Shown: positions 36,570-49,465 of the stretch, in pieces
Position numbering within the stretch: the stretch's first letter is position 1
How the letters are laid out: each line of letters starts with the position of its first letter
Source of the DNA: Octopus bimaculoides
Taxonomy: Eukaryota
Length of the DNA stretch: 64,000 nucleotides
Assembly (NCBI RefSeq): GCF_001194135.2
Contig: NC_068993.1
Span: forward strand, 32,733,138-32,797,137
Reading direction: 5' to 3'
Made by a program: the position numbers and the translations under genes
The notes under the pieces: model-generated
Databases searched by the model: none
What the model was told of the DNA's origin: nothing
The model's input: only the letters and a program-made list of their open reading frames with translations

Positions 36570-37390
36570 CAGAAGACTGGTGGCTATGGATGAGGAGTAG
36601 TGACCTGAAGGTAGAGACAGAAGCACTTATATGTGCAGCACAAGAAGAAGCATTAAGTACTAATCATGTGAGTGCATAATCAACAACACTACCAAAATAG
36701 ACAAATGCAGAATGTGTGGTGAGAGGGATGAAACAGTATGGCACACCATTAGCGAATGCCTGAAACTGGTACAATACAATTACAAAAGATGACATGACAA
36801 TGTGGCAAGAATAATCCATTGGGAGCTCTAAGGAAATTACGGCCTACAAAGAGCTAAGATGTGGTATGAGCAAACCCCAGAAGGAGTCACCGAAAATGAA
36901 GATTGCAAAATCCTGTGGGATGCAATGATTCAGTGAAATCACCTGACCAGACATTGGAAACCAGACACTGTCGTGGTGAATAAAAAAGAAAGAACTTGCA
37001 TGAAAATCGACATAGCATGTCCTGGTGACAACAGCATCAAAGCGAAAGAAGAAAAACTGAACAACTACAATGATTTGAAGAGGGAAGTACAAAGGTTGTG
37101 GTCAATGAGGAGAGTAGACGTGATACCAATAGTAATCGGTGCACTTGGAAGTATCAGCACTCAGTTACCAACATGGCTCAAAAAGATTGGTACAAATGTA
37201 AAGACAGAAGACCTACAAAAACCAGCATTGCTTGGAACTGCAAGAATTCTTTGCAGGGTTCTTGCAGCATGACCAGTAAACAAGTGTCACCTTAGTCTGC
37301 TGGCAGTGGACAGCTGACACTTTCCATCATACCCAGCAAAATAAGCTGAGAGTTTTCATCAAATGATAATAATAACAACAACAATAATAA
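36570..37390 (+). mobile_element. R4/Dong fragment E (knuckle, RLE, 3' UTR, (AAT)n tail)
   Basis: CRMCGERDETVWH, KPDTVV, IDIACPGD, VIPIVIGALG, LQKPALLGTARIL. Confidence 0.9.
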
Positions 37391-38218
37391 GCAGAAATGT
37401 TGGTGATAGGCTGAGTCAATTAAATCAACTTCAATGTGACAAATTCTGGATGGATGAAAGGTAAAGTGAATCTTTTGGGTATTTGAACTCAGAACACACA
37501 GTGACATAACTAAAAGTATTCTCTCTGTAATTCCACAACTTAAAAAAAAACATCTTAAAACTATTAATTTCAACTCCATTCATTGTGTACTTGTTAAACT
37601 AAGGGATATTATGTAGCATTATAGAACAAGGATAAATACCTTAATTCTCCGTCAAGAAACCTTTGTATCATCATGTTTTCTGAGGTGGTCATTTTTCTTT
37701 TTCTTCTTCTTGGAGCCATCTTCTTGAAATCTACCAATTACTACCATTATTATTCTGTCTTACAGACATTTGCAAACACAAATTTTAATATTTGTAGACA
37801 TTTTTTCACTTGCCAGCGATAAATAAAAGCTGGTCAAGAATATTATTTCTTTTGACAGCTTATCAATACTTATTGATTCCAAACTTTGACATAACTAAGG
37901 GCAAAAAGGAACTGTTCATACTCAGCTGATCAATACCATAAAAATCTTTTCCAATATCTTAAATGAAGAACATCTAAGCAAAGAAAGAGGAAAGACAAAA
38001 TCTGGACCCAAAACATTCAAAACTTATAAGAATACATTTTCAATAAATATCAATATAGTATCACCAATATTTTGGTGAACTCTTGTAGGAAATATTTCCT
38101 TTGAGCAAAATATTATTTACAAGTCTTTGGAATTTTTTCAGAGATATTCATCTTAAAATCTTTACAGTAGTTTCATTAAAAAATATTTACCTAGACTCTT
38201 TACATTCTTTTTCTCTCT

Positions 38219-38256
<38 letters not shown>

Positions 38257-38385
38257 TGTCTTACATGAATTAGAAGCAGCTTGAGCTATATAAACAAAGT
38301 TGAATGCACACAAGGTATGTGTGTTGTTAGTTTGTCAGGCAGCTGTATTTTGAACTAACACACACACATTGTGTATGTGTGTTTG

Positions 38386-38437
<52 letters not shown>

Positions 38438-39266
38438 CATACATACACATAATATATATATACACACACACATGTACATACATATATGTGTATGCTTGTA
38501 TGCATGTATGTTTATTCAGTAAAATCAACAAAAATAGTATGTGATCAACCTATGAACAGTGGAAAATCCAATATTTTGGACAAAGTCTTTTTCAGGGAAA
38601 GGTTGACAAGAGTGAAATTTAAAAAACACAGCAGAATTTGACATCCTCTAAGTTGCAAAAAGAAAAAGAAAAAAAAAGAAAAAGAAAAGAAAATGGTAAA
38701 TTGCACTGAAGAAGAACTCTATCTGAACCATCGATTGTCACTCCCCACAGCAAGTTAACTGTACTCTATTGATATTACTGTATAGTAACAAGTCTTGCTA
38801 ACACAGACCAATCCTGTTTCCTTGGAGTCTGCTTAATTGTTTAGCACATTTATATTGCATTCCATAAGCAATGATTTGAGATCATTGAAAGACTTTTGCG
38901 CTTCCTTAAACTGTTTTATCTAAAGTATCACCTTGTGAATTGCAACCTTGCCTCTCAGCTTATTTGTTCCAGTAAAAATATTTTTGAAAATCTTGTTAGA
39001 TAGGTAAGTAGTGTTTTCTGTCTTCAAGTGAAATGTTTATCCATAAAGTGTTAGATAAATCACTACTCATCCAGTTGTAATGGAACCAAATGTTCGTCGC
39101 AACAATGAGATATTCTGACAAAGCAAACATAGTGAAAACTGAAAAATAGAAAAAAAGAGAATAAAAGAAATAAACAATACAATTTAATTCATTTACCATT
39201 GTAATTATTATTAAAACATGAACATGTATAGGTGTCTATCTATTTGTCTAAAGACATACACACACA

Positions 39267-39309
<43 letters not shown>

Positions 39310-39312
<3 letters not shown>

Positions 39313-41040
39313 GAAATTTATAGAAAAACAAAAGACGAAGACAGGTGTATGAACAACAAGCAAGAGTATTAGTTTGACAATCGGGAAAAATGAAAAAGTT
39401 TACATTTCGAGCCTATGCTCTTCAACAGAAAGGAATAAGAGAAAATAAACAAGGAGAGAGTGAAAAAAAACTTGTAGATTTCAGCAGTCCAGCATGGCAA
39501 ATGATTGGGGAAAAAGTGATTGAAAGAAAGGGAGATAATAATAAAAAAAGAGGTCGAATGAAAGGGAGATAATAAAATGCTAGTGATCCCAACAAGAGAA
39601 GGTGCGCATACGTGTGTGTGTGTGTGTGTGTGTGTGTGAGAGATAATAAAGTGCAAGTGATCCCAACAAGAGAAAGTGCTCATGCATGTGTGTGTGACTG
39701 ATAAATGTGCATGTGTAACGTGTGTGTTGTGTGTAGTAGTTGATGTGTGCACGCGTGTGTGTCTGTGACCAACAATGTGCATGTGTATGGGGTATATATG
39801 TAGGTGAAAGTTATTTTTCTCTATGTATGTTGCGTGTGTTAATATGTGTTGTGTGTGAATGTATATATAGCCTGTATTCAAGTATATGTGCTTGTGTGAG
39901 TATATATTGTCTTCAGGTATTATGTGTTTGTAAGTGTGTGTGAGTGTGCATGATGGTGTGTGGTATATATACTGAGTTAAACAGTGTATGTGGATGCTCT
40001 TATAGTGGTATGTGCAGTGATGTTATTGAAGATTGTGTGGAGGTGTGTGGATGATGGCGTGTAGTGTGGGTGCTGGGAAGTGGTCAGTGCTAGTGTGTTT
40101 GGAGTGGTGCGGGGTTGGTATCAAATGAAGAGAGGGGGTGAGGTTGGTGTCAGATGAAGAGAGGAGGTGAGTTGAGCCGATGTGGCACAAAAGAGCAAAG
40201 AGAGAAGATCAATTCTTATTCATGGCAAAGGTAGGAGTCCGGATGGCCCCTATGCAAAGACAATTCAGACACAAACAGACGTTGTAGCGAATGACTGGTA
40301 GAGCAGAAATGGCGCAAGACTGGGGTATCATTGCCGAGTCTGATGTCTCAGAGGTGCTCCGTGAACCAGTTAGCCAAGTGGCGTCCCGTTTGACCAATGT
40401 ACAGGGGAAGGACAGGGAGAGCAGGAGATGCAGTAAATTACATTACTACAAGTGCAGGTAAAGGACTCAGTGATGTGATAGAATCGATGGTGGGTACCTG
40501 TGAGGATGGTGGTGTTGGAGAAGTAGGAGCAGGTGCAACAGCATGAGTGGGAGCAGGGAAATGAGCCAGGCTAAGAGGTAGAGTTAGGGAAGAAACTGTG
40601 AACCAGGAGGTCACACAGGTTATGGGCTCGTTTGAGGGAGGGAGGGGGTAGGTTGGGGAAGGTGTATGAGGTGGAGGGGTCAGACTGGAATCGCCAGAAG
40701 GCTTGGAGAATGGTGCGTTGGAGGGGTGGAAAGTGAGGGGAAACAGGAGACGGGCAACAGCAGGGCGGGTGTGGGGAGAAAGAGTAGAGGCACGGTCCAC
40801 CACAGATCGTGCCCTGGCAAGGGTAGTGTGGATAGTGGTGAGGGGATATCCATGTAGGATGAAGTGGTGAACCACGAGTTGAGACTGAGTCTCAAAGTTA
40901 TGGTTGTCACTGCAGAGCCTGCGCAGATGGAGGAATTGGGAGTAGAGGACAGAGAGTTTGGTGTATGTAGGGTAGGAGAAATTAAGGTAGGAGTGTGAGT
41001 CAGTGTGTTTGTAGTGGATGGAGGTAGTGAGAGTGGAGTG
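39310..41040 (-). mobile_element. Penelope-like element (GIY-YIG plus 3' pLTR), decayed
   Basis: Minus strand HFILHGYP, NVIYCISCSLCPSLYIGQTGR (GIY-YIG); pLTR ~39310-39700. Confidence 0.85.
39398..39432 (-). ncRNA. Hammerhead-like motif with CUGUUGA core variant
   Basis: CUUU-CUGUUGA-A-GAGC-auag-GCUC-GAAA-UG-UA-AAC, sense to the PLE ORF. Confidence 0.5.
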
Positions 41041-41096
41041 TGTATTTGCTTACACAAATTTTATTCTTTAACAATGACAGTATGCCTGAATGGGTA

Positions 41097-41621
41097 CCTA
41101 GCATTTTAACTGACCATCTCCAGCCAAAATATTCTACCTGTTTTATATTCAAACAAGCCAGGTCCAGCCTCTCACAACTAACCTACAATATCATTCAGAA
41201 AATAAACAATCACAACATCAAAATCTTAAAGCTACAATATCACATGGTCACATGATCAACCAGATTATTGGATGTTGTTAAACATCACTGGTCACAATAT
41301 GCTTTGCATTGTTTTAGCTTTCAAATGATGCCACCCCAAGCAGGCCAACATTAGCCCTGATCAGGAGGTTAATCTACTGCAAGGTTACACATTTACAGCT
41401 GAGTGGACTGGAGCAACATGAAATGAAGCTCCTTGCTGAAGAACACGACATGCTACTAAGTCTAAGAATCAAACCCTCAATCTAGTGATCCTGAGTGCAA
41501 AACTCTAACCACTAATGCCACACACCTTCAAGAAGCTACAATATAAGATATGATTCATTCAAAACAATATGAACAAGTAAGCATTGCACTTGACAGAATA
41601 ATCTGAGTAGTAAAGGGTTAA
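41097..41621. mobile_element. piggyBac-type MITE interrupted by a SINE (41241-41532, TSD aagctacaatat)
   Basis: Ends aaagggTTAA; internal match to 47587-47814; 12-bp TSD at 41229-41240 and 41533-41544. Confidence 0.75.
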
Positions 41622-42099
41622 AGTGATTCCAACATCACTGCCTTAGCAAAAATGGCAATATTAAATTTTGCCAATGATAGTTGAATAAGTCTGAAAGATG
41701 ATGCAAGTTGTCTCCTATGTTAGCTGGAAAAAGGGAAATAATTTTGGTCATTGATTAACATCGTTTTTTCCTCCTCACAGATTTATTTCTAATTGAATTG
41801 TAACCATTTGTATATTAAATATGTTAAAACTAACATCTCTAAAACAATACGGAAATTCATGAGATAAAATTATACCAGAGGAAGACAATTGAAGATTAAG
41901 TCCTCTTCTTCCTCACGTTTATTCTTTTTCAAACTATTTTGTTTTACTTTTTTCTTCATTAATAACAAGGCTAACAACACTATGGAAGGCTGTTCAGGCT
42001 AAAAACATTGATTGTCTAATTTCAATACTTCAGTTTCATTGGGCAGTTTGATACATTATTTACATTTGATGGATATTTTTCCTCATCCTGTTTGTTGTT

Positions 42100-42145
42100 A
42101 AAACAATGTTTCAGCTGATATACCCTCCAACCTTCATCAGGTGTC
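42100..42145 (-). ncRNA. Minimal type I hammerhead motif (decayed)
   Basis: GACAC-CUGAUGA-A-GGUUG-gagggtatat-CAGCU-GAAA-CA-UU-GUUUU. Confidence 0.65.
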
Positions 42146-42225
42146 TTGGGGAAATTTCAAACCTGCGTTCTCATTCCTAAGATATTTTTCAATGTTATTA
42201 TTAAAATTATTATTATTATTATTCA

Positions 42226-42297
42226 GGTCACTACCTGGAATCGAATTTGGAATCTTGGGTTTAGTAGCCTGCACTCTTAACCACTACACTATATGCC
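42226..42297 (-). other. tRNA-like (Pol III A/B-box) cassette; not a functional tRNA
   Basis: GGCATATAGTGTAGTGGTTAAGAGTG...ATTCGATTCCAGG; acceptor stem poorly paired. Confidence 0.6.
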
Positions 42298-44281
42298 AAT
42301 GGGGCAATTATGGAGTGAATCTTAGGGCTTATATATCTAATATTTTCCTATCCTTCCTTAATACCGGTTCCCATATGCTACTCATATCTGCACTCGGTCT
42401 GCTTAGGAGATTGTGTCCTAGCATATATGCTGCTTCTATCAGTTTTCGTATTTTCCAGTGGTGTTCTGTCTATTATTTTAACTTCATCCCACAGGGGGAG
42501 GTGGTCTCCATTTTTCCATACATGATCAGCTATACCCGATTTATCAATATCTCCTCATGTCACAGCTTTGCAATGTTCGTCTACCCTTATTTTTAGGGGG
42601 TGTCATGTTTCGCCTTTGTATAACCTACCACAGCTGCATGGGATGGAGTACACGCAGTCTTTAGTCATATTCTCTTCAATTGGTGGTTTTACTCGAAGGA
42701 TATATTTGCAAAGTGTTGTATTACTCTTGAATACTGTCCTGATGTCATATGGGCCGCATATCTTTTGTATCTTTTCGGAGAGGCCTTTCACATAGGGTAA
42801 ACAGACTGTGGACAGTTTATTGGTTTCATCCTCTCTTCTTAATTGGAGTGGATAGTTGTTACTAAATAGATTGTTACTTAGCTTGATTATTTCTTCATGG
42901 TGGGTTGATGTACAAACAACTGACTGAACACTATAGTAAACTACCACACATGTACGGTTTCCCTGAGTTCACCAGTTGGGACTTTGGTGAACAGACTTAT
43001 CACAATCAAACAAACATAGGTATCTAGTTATCAAGCTCAGTACTCACTGTTCTGAGTTCAAGTCTCACTCACTGTTTTTCAGGGTCATTAATCATCATTA
43101 CCGTCAACATCCTCAACATCATTTAAACCTGCTGGCACAGTTGGAGGAGCTGATGAACTGGAGGACAGCATTGAGCTCTGATGTCTTTAGATTGATGCAA
43201 TTAATATAGGTGATGAGTAGAGACACTCAGCAAATCCACCCACCAACAAAATATAGCCTCATGTCTAGTCAAATGGAGTAGGTAATTTAAATGTAGTTGA
43301 AACAAATATTTGTAGCATGTTTTAAAATCACGTAGATGTAAAGTGGTTGAGTGAATATGGTACAGGACTGCCAGCTCACAAAACTTGAGTTTAATTCCAC
43401 TGCAAGTATATCAATCTATATTTAGAGGACCCTTAACTCAGCAACAAGTATCAGATCATCTGGCAGTATAACATGAAATAGACTTGCACCATAAACAGAT
43501 TTATTTCTTACTCAAAGTCATTGAAGTTTATAACGTCTCTCTGAAAGCTTTACAAGTTAATCATTATCATTACCACTGACATACACTGCCGACATGTTTC
43601 AATTAACTTTGAAAATAATTAATTTAAATGAATTTAGTTAAATAATCAAATTTTTCATTATTAAACAAGTGTTTGGAACATGGATGGTTTTCATATAAAA
43701 TCATGATGAAAGATTTTAATAGAAATGCATTTAGATGAGAGTGTTTGTGTTACAGAAGCAGAGGAATCTCATGTGGGTTAATAACAAAAGGGTTAAACTC
43801 CAGTTAGGTAATATGTACTTTATTCAAAGCATTACCTATGATAAAAGGTAAACACATTGAATCATTGTGATGGAAACCAACACACATATGATATACAGAA
43901 ACGAACATATACACAAACCAACACACAGACACATACATATAATATACAGAAACTAACACACATAATATACAACCAACACACATATATAATATAAATGCAC
44001 ATCAAAACATCACATGCACAAACTCACAAAAAGAAAAATACAAAAACATGACACTTGTTATCAATTTAGCAAAGTGTAACAGTTTCTGTGAGAAAACATC
44101 AATGACCAAATTGACTGGATCTCAAATAATCAGAGGCTTAATGTTTTGTATCTAGTCACAACTGAGTTCATAACTGTCTGCAAGGAGTGACAGCACTGTA
44201 AAACTGTTCAGTTTCATTGATTTACATCACTAAGTTCCAATCCCTTCCATGAGAAAAAGTTCTTTTGATTGATCAGTAGCA

Positions 44282-44351
<70 letters not shown>

Positions 44352-45180
44352 GGGGTAGGAATCTATGCTTGATCTGATTGATGATACATGAAGCAGAAAT
44401 AAACATCAATCTCTGGGATCTTTATGGTTTGAGAAAACAGCTACCCAAACATCAATACCTTCCTCTTCTGCTTCCTCTCTAGAATTTTCTTAATGATTGA
44501 TAGCCATTGTTTAAAGTATCTTTAGTTCAGTGCTGACATATCTGTAAGATTGTCTTAAGATTGGTGCTGCACTAATTTAGACTCCTGGTAAGTGAATTCT
44601 GCAATACAACTTCAATTCCTGGTTGAGCCAGTTTTGCTTGCTTTTAGACATGTCTTGAAAATTTGGTTACAGGTTCTATCTTACTTCTTCTGGTTGTTTT
44701 CAGGGTTTCTAAGATTGGTTAGGGGAAGGAAATAAGTTATCCTCGGGCTAGACACTTCACCTGAATACATGTAACAAACTGTACTCCATTAAAGCTACCC
44801 ATGGGTAAGTGATGATGTTAAGCATGGTGATGCATTAAGTGCAGGAATATAAAATAAAGGTTCACGAGTTCAAGCCCTGTCTGATCATATCTACTAATAT
44901 ATTGGTAGATGGCGAGAAACATTAAAGCACAATAAATCATATACAAAAAAAAAAAAAATGAAAGTTAAGACTAACAATATAAAAATATTATCTGTCAGTA
45001 CTTCATTGTTAAGTTTGGTATCACTAGTTTTCAAATTATGAGAGTTATTATTTATCAAGGACACTAGACTGACTACCAATGTACAAACCAACATTTAGTA
45101 TGTTATCACTGACAAAGTGCTATAACACTGTCAAAGACAATATTGAACAGTTTAGAGCACTCAGCTTATAAATGGTAAGC

Positions 45181-45421
45181 TTAACTCTTTAGCAGTCAGA
45201 ATACTCTTTCAAATGTAATGCATAAGCATTATTACATTATTCAAATTGTTTTGAATTAATCATGCACTATTTGTAGCTTTGATATTTCAATGATGTGATT
45301 GTTTATTTTTAGAATAACATTATAGGGTAGGTGTGAGATGCCAGATCTGGATGGTTTGAATGTAAAACAGGTACTACAATATTTGGGTCAGATATGGTTG
45401 GTTTAAATGCTAAACGGTTAA
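45181..45421. mobile_element. piggyBac-type MITE (~240 bp)
   Basis: TTAA-flanked TIRs ttaactctttagca / tgctaaacggttaa. Confidence 0.75.
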
Positions 45422-46459
45422 TCCTTTAATGACTATTTTTCTCAAGAAATATTATCATTTTCAATTAACTTTGAAAATGGTGAAGAATTTTAAGGAATGT
45501 AGTAAAATATCTTTGTCATTCTTCCTCTTGTGACTATGTCATTAGAAGAAAATAAAACAGTAAGGCTCATAAAGAGGCACAGTTCACTGTATTTATCAGT
45601 AAGGGAAGAATTTTTGACTGTTTATAACTTGCATTTTGAGAAGAACCTTTAGTACAAATGTTTCTAGCCACTGTGCCATTGCACACTTGCATGTTACAAG
45701 TGTGTCACCAATGGGCCAAAGTTTTTAGAAGTGAGTTGGAAAATGTCAAAATATTCAGATACCTTTCCAATGCACTATTTTAGTGCAAGTGAATTTCTTT
45801 GCATTAAAATGCAATGTATCCACCCATCTCTATTTTAAAGCAATTTTAATATTGTTTTATAAAGCAAAACTTATAAAAAGTTGGTGTGTCACTATAACAT
45901 TTTTAGCAGTTCATTCAATATTCTATGGATAAAAATCGGTTGAATATGATTATTTTAGTAGATTGGTGTCACAATGTTTTTGTAGAAAGGGGTCAAGATC
46001 AAACTCTTAATGCCATAGAAACTGGAAAATTTTCTCATAAGCATAACACTTTCTAATAATTCCTGCTACAAACCACAATGAAAACATCTTTCAGTTAGTA
46101 ATAAATTCCAATTGCTGTGGTGGAAGAGAAATATTCTTTCCCAGAATAATACTTTTAGTTCAGTGCAAGTAACTTTTCACAGTAGTTCCTAATATTCATT
46201 CTCTACAGCTTTATATAATTAACTCCTGGTCTGTAGAAGAAAGTGTTCTAGATAAAGTTTAACAAAATTCTTGAAGACTTAAATTATATTGGAGAGAGAT
46301 GTGTCATATACATTGTTGTATATTGTTACATAATTGTTGAGGTGCTCATTGCATGGGTGTGAAAGACTTTGTTCATAAAATGAAAAACAGCAAAACTAGC
46401 TTGTTTCAGTTTCAAGTATGGTAAGTGTATCTGTATACATAAATACATGTGTGCATGCA

Positions 46460-46835
46460 GGTATGGCTGTGATAAGAAATTTGCTTCCCAACCACATGGT
46501 TCTAAGTTCAGTCCTACTGTGTGGCACCTGTATGGCAACTGTTTTCTACTATAGTCTCAGACTGACCAAAGCCTTGTGAGCAGAGTTGGTAGGCAGAAAC
46601 TAAAAGAAGCCTGTCATATAGTTATATAGTAGTAAATGAATGTCACTGTCACACAAGCAATGCCATTTATTTTCAATATACTGCAGGAACATATCTGGCC
46701 ATGGGGAAATATTACCTTGCTTGGAAATATATGAAGGTTGGCAACAGGAAGAGAATCCCTCTCTAGAAAATCTGCCTTAATAAACTTTTCAACCCATGCA
46801 AGCATGGAAAGGTGAGCATTAAAATGGTGATGATA
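46460..46835 (+). mobile_element. SINE with tRNA head and RTE-like 3' tail
   Basis: tggctgtgataagaa head; tail caacccatgcaagcatggaaag...gatgat is homologous to the RTE tail. Confidence 0.7.
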
Positions 46836-46929
46836 AATAATTAAACATATTCAAATTTATTTCATTGATGCAACAAGGAAATTCATAAAGAACCCATACT
46901 TCCATCAACATCATTATCATTGTTGTTTT

Positions 46930-47130
46930 TCAAGCTGAAGAAGCCTCTACATAGTCACTCAACCAGTGAGAAATAGCAGCAAAATTTACATTGAATCACT
47001 TTATTTGTTTTAAAAAAGGAAGACACATTGGATAATGAATTCCTTGATATACTATGTCTGAAAAAAAAGATGACTTGGTCACAGAATACCTTTGATCAGA
47101 TGCCTACTCAATCAAACTGAACCTCAGGCT
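46930..47130 (+). repeat. Dispersed decayed repeat family (related pieces near 47400-47560, 47890-48060, 63100-63300)
   Basis: Shared agaaat..cagc, cattggataatg-like blocks in both orientations. Confidence 0.4.
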
Positions 47131-47586
47131 AAACATCATTGTCACTATTGTTGTTTTAATAGTTTGTTTTTCCCTACTGACATAGGTTGGATATATTTTC
47201 AAAACCCTTCTTAATTCTGCATCATTTTTTCGGTGAAGTCAGCCCAATCATGTTCTTTCAGCTCCCTCTGCCACAATTACTTTACACTATTACTCAACAT
47301 ATCCATTTACACAAGCACAACCATCTCTCTCTTAATTCCCAGGTCGCTCCACTCATGTACAGTTGCTCTTTCCACACACCAAATAGATTATACTCATCTC
47401 ATACAGCCACTACTACAGACCCAACTTTATTGAAACATAAAAAAAATACCTAGTTGATTAACTCCAGGACAAACCTGATCCAGTATATTTATGATTAAAA
47501 GTGTTCCAATTTTTATTAAGACACAGTATACTCAGGATTATTCTTTACAATGTGTTCTTCCTTTTATAAGGCAGAAGAGTGTGATA

Positions 47587-47814
47587 TAACCCTTTAACAT
47601 TTAAACCAACTATATTGACCCCAAATATTCTACCTATTTTATGCTCAAATTGGTCATATCTAACCTCTCACACCTATCCTACAATGTCGTTCTAAAAATA
47701 ATCAATCACATCATCAAAATCTTGAAGACCACAAGATAATTCATGGTAAGTTCAAAACAATGTGAATGGATAAGCATTACGTTTAACAGAGTAATTTGAA
47801 TGCTAAAGGTTTAA
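47587..47814. mobile_element. piggyBac-type MITE, opposite orientation to 45181
   Basis: taaccctttaacattt / aatgctaaaggtTTAA. Confidence 0.75.
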
Positions 47815-48857
47815 TGGAAATGTGGTTGGTTTTTCTAAACTGGTTGAGTGACCATATAGGAGTTTCCTCTTCCATTCATATAACAGCTGTTGTTGTTAAC
47901 CATGTTTTGTCTTGGACCAGCCCTGACTGAACAGACCTACAATGAAAGATATTCCAGCCATGACTTGTTTCTAATCTGTTTATAAATCTAAGAGCACATT
48001 GTTCAGTGTAGCCTTCCTGTTTTAAGATGACTGGATGTGGTTTGAGGGATTTTGGTTGCCATAAAACACAAAAGCATGAAAGATGAAGGTTAATCTAAAA
48101 AATATTAATTATTGCTAATGATCAGTAATAATTAACAAACTCACAACATTTTCAGGCAGAAAGCTATTTCTGTGTCTTCTAGCAGTTTCCCTGATTCTGA
48201 TACTAAAACAACGAAATGTTTTCGCTCTAGCTCATCTCCGAAATAATTTTGAAATAACCAAGTACAGTAACTAGCACCATTGCTTTTCCATTTTATTGGC
48301 AGAAATTAATAAACTTGTCTCTAAATTCATTGTTTCTTACCATCAACAAACATTTTTCTTGTTATTTGTGCATTTTCTTAATTTAAAACAACAGAAAAAC
48401 ATAACTTTGTAAACAAGCTGTGAAATAGAATACAAAAAAACATTCCTGAGTACAAAAAAAGGAAAACAAGAACCAACTCAAAGATAAAACTGTCTGAAAA
48501 AAATTGGAATTAATTTTTTATTTATTTAAATGCCTTTTCAATAAAATTTGGTATAACATAAGAATATAGGCAATTAAATTCTTAAAAACAATACAAAACA
48601 ACAACAATCTCAAACAGGTCTTTGGAATTCATTCTTTGTGGGGGTAACTGAGAAAAATAAAACATTTCTCACTAAAATCTACAAAAATTAGGTATGATAA
48701 TAATAATACTATTATGTACTTATTTTTGTTTTGGTGGGTGATATGAGATAAAAGACAATTTTTATTTTAAATCAAGAAAAACTTTTGGCTAATATTTAAT
48801 TAATGATAACATACTGAAATATACCTATTTGAATTTATGTGTGTGTGTGCATGTGTG

Positions 48858-48888
<31 letters not shown>

Positions 48889-49360
48889 GCAATTACAGCA
48901 TAGAAGACACGTTTTAGTCATTGAAAACATTCAAAAGTTTAACATCACTTAAATCATATATCACTTTGTGTCAATTTTGATAGCAAATTAATTAATGATT
49001 AACTGAAGTCAATAATGTGTGTGTTTCTCAACGGCTAATATGTGCCTTCTACACTGTAATTGCTTTAGTTTCAGCACATAGACTTTAGTCAAGTCCCTTG
49101 CAAAACAAGTACAATTCATAAATAAGTGGTCAGCACATCCTTATGTTAGAAATATGTAGAGTCTGATGTAGAGTCTTATGATATGGGTGACAGGATTACA
49201 TAAATCAATCTAAAGGTTTCTTCTAAATGGCCATTTGACTGGGTGTTATAAATATTAGCAGCAGACTGAGAAGAAATTTCTTCTCACTGTGTATAGTCAA
49301 TTGACCAAAATCCCAACTGAATGAAACCTTGGCTTAGATAATGTATCATCTTATCTTGCA

Positions 49361-49379
49361 TGCACACACACACCACAAG

Positions 49380-49414
<35 letters not shown>

Positions 49415-49416
49415 CA

Positions 49417-49462
<46 letters not shown>
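49361..49462. repeat. Compound (CA)n microsatellite
   Basis: Directly visible; other long (TA)n/(CA)n/(AG)n tracts near 10320, 11043, 38223, 38390, 39270, 44286 and 63335. Confidence 0.95.

Positions 49463-49465
<3 letters not shown>

Larger units (their letters stand above)
42050..42960 (-). mobile_element. Penelope-like element 3' end (GIY-YIG, tRNA-like cassette, pLTR)
   Basis: LPYVKGLSEKI...VYSIPCSCGRLYKGET; ORF ends near 42335; pLTR related to 59905-60070. Confidence 0.9.

Noticed and set aside
37639-37735. Minus-strand MAPRRRKRKMTTSEN... micro-exon candidate
   Set aside because: Two open frames, weak acceptor, no partner exon or recognisable family.
38996-39120. Minus-strand acceptor with strong pyrimidine tract and short ORF
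   Set aside because: No recognisable protein and no donor or partner exon identified.
42226-42297. Genuine tRNA gene
   Set aside because: Acceptor, anticodon and T stems do not pair properly; treated as a tRNA-derived cassette.
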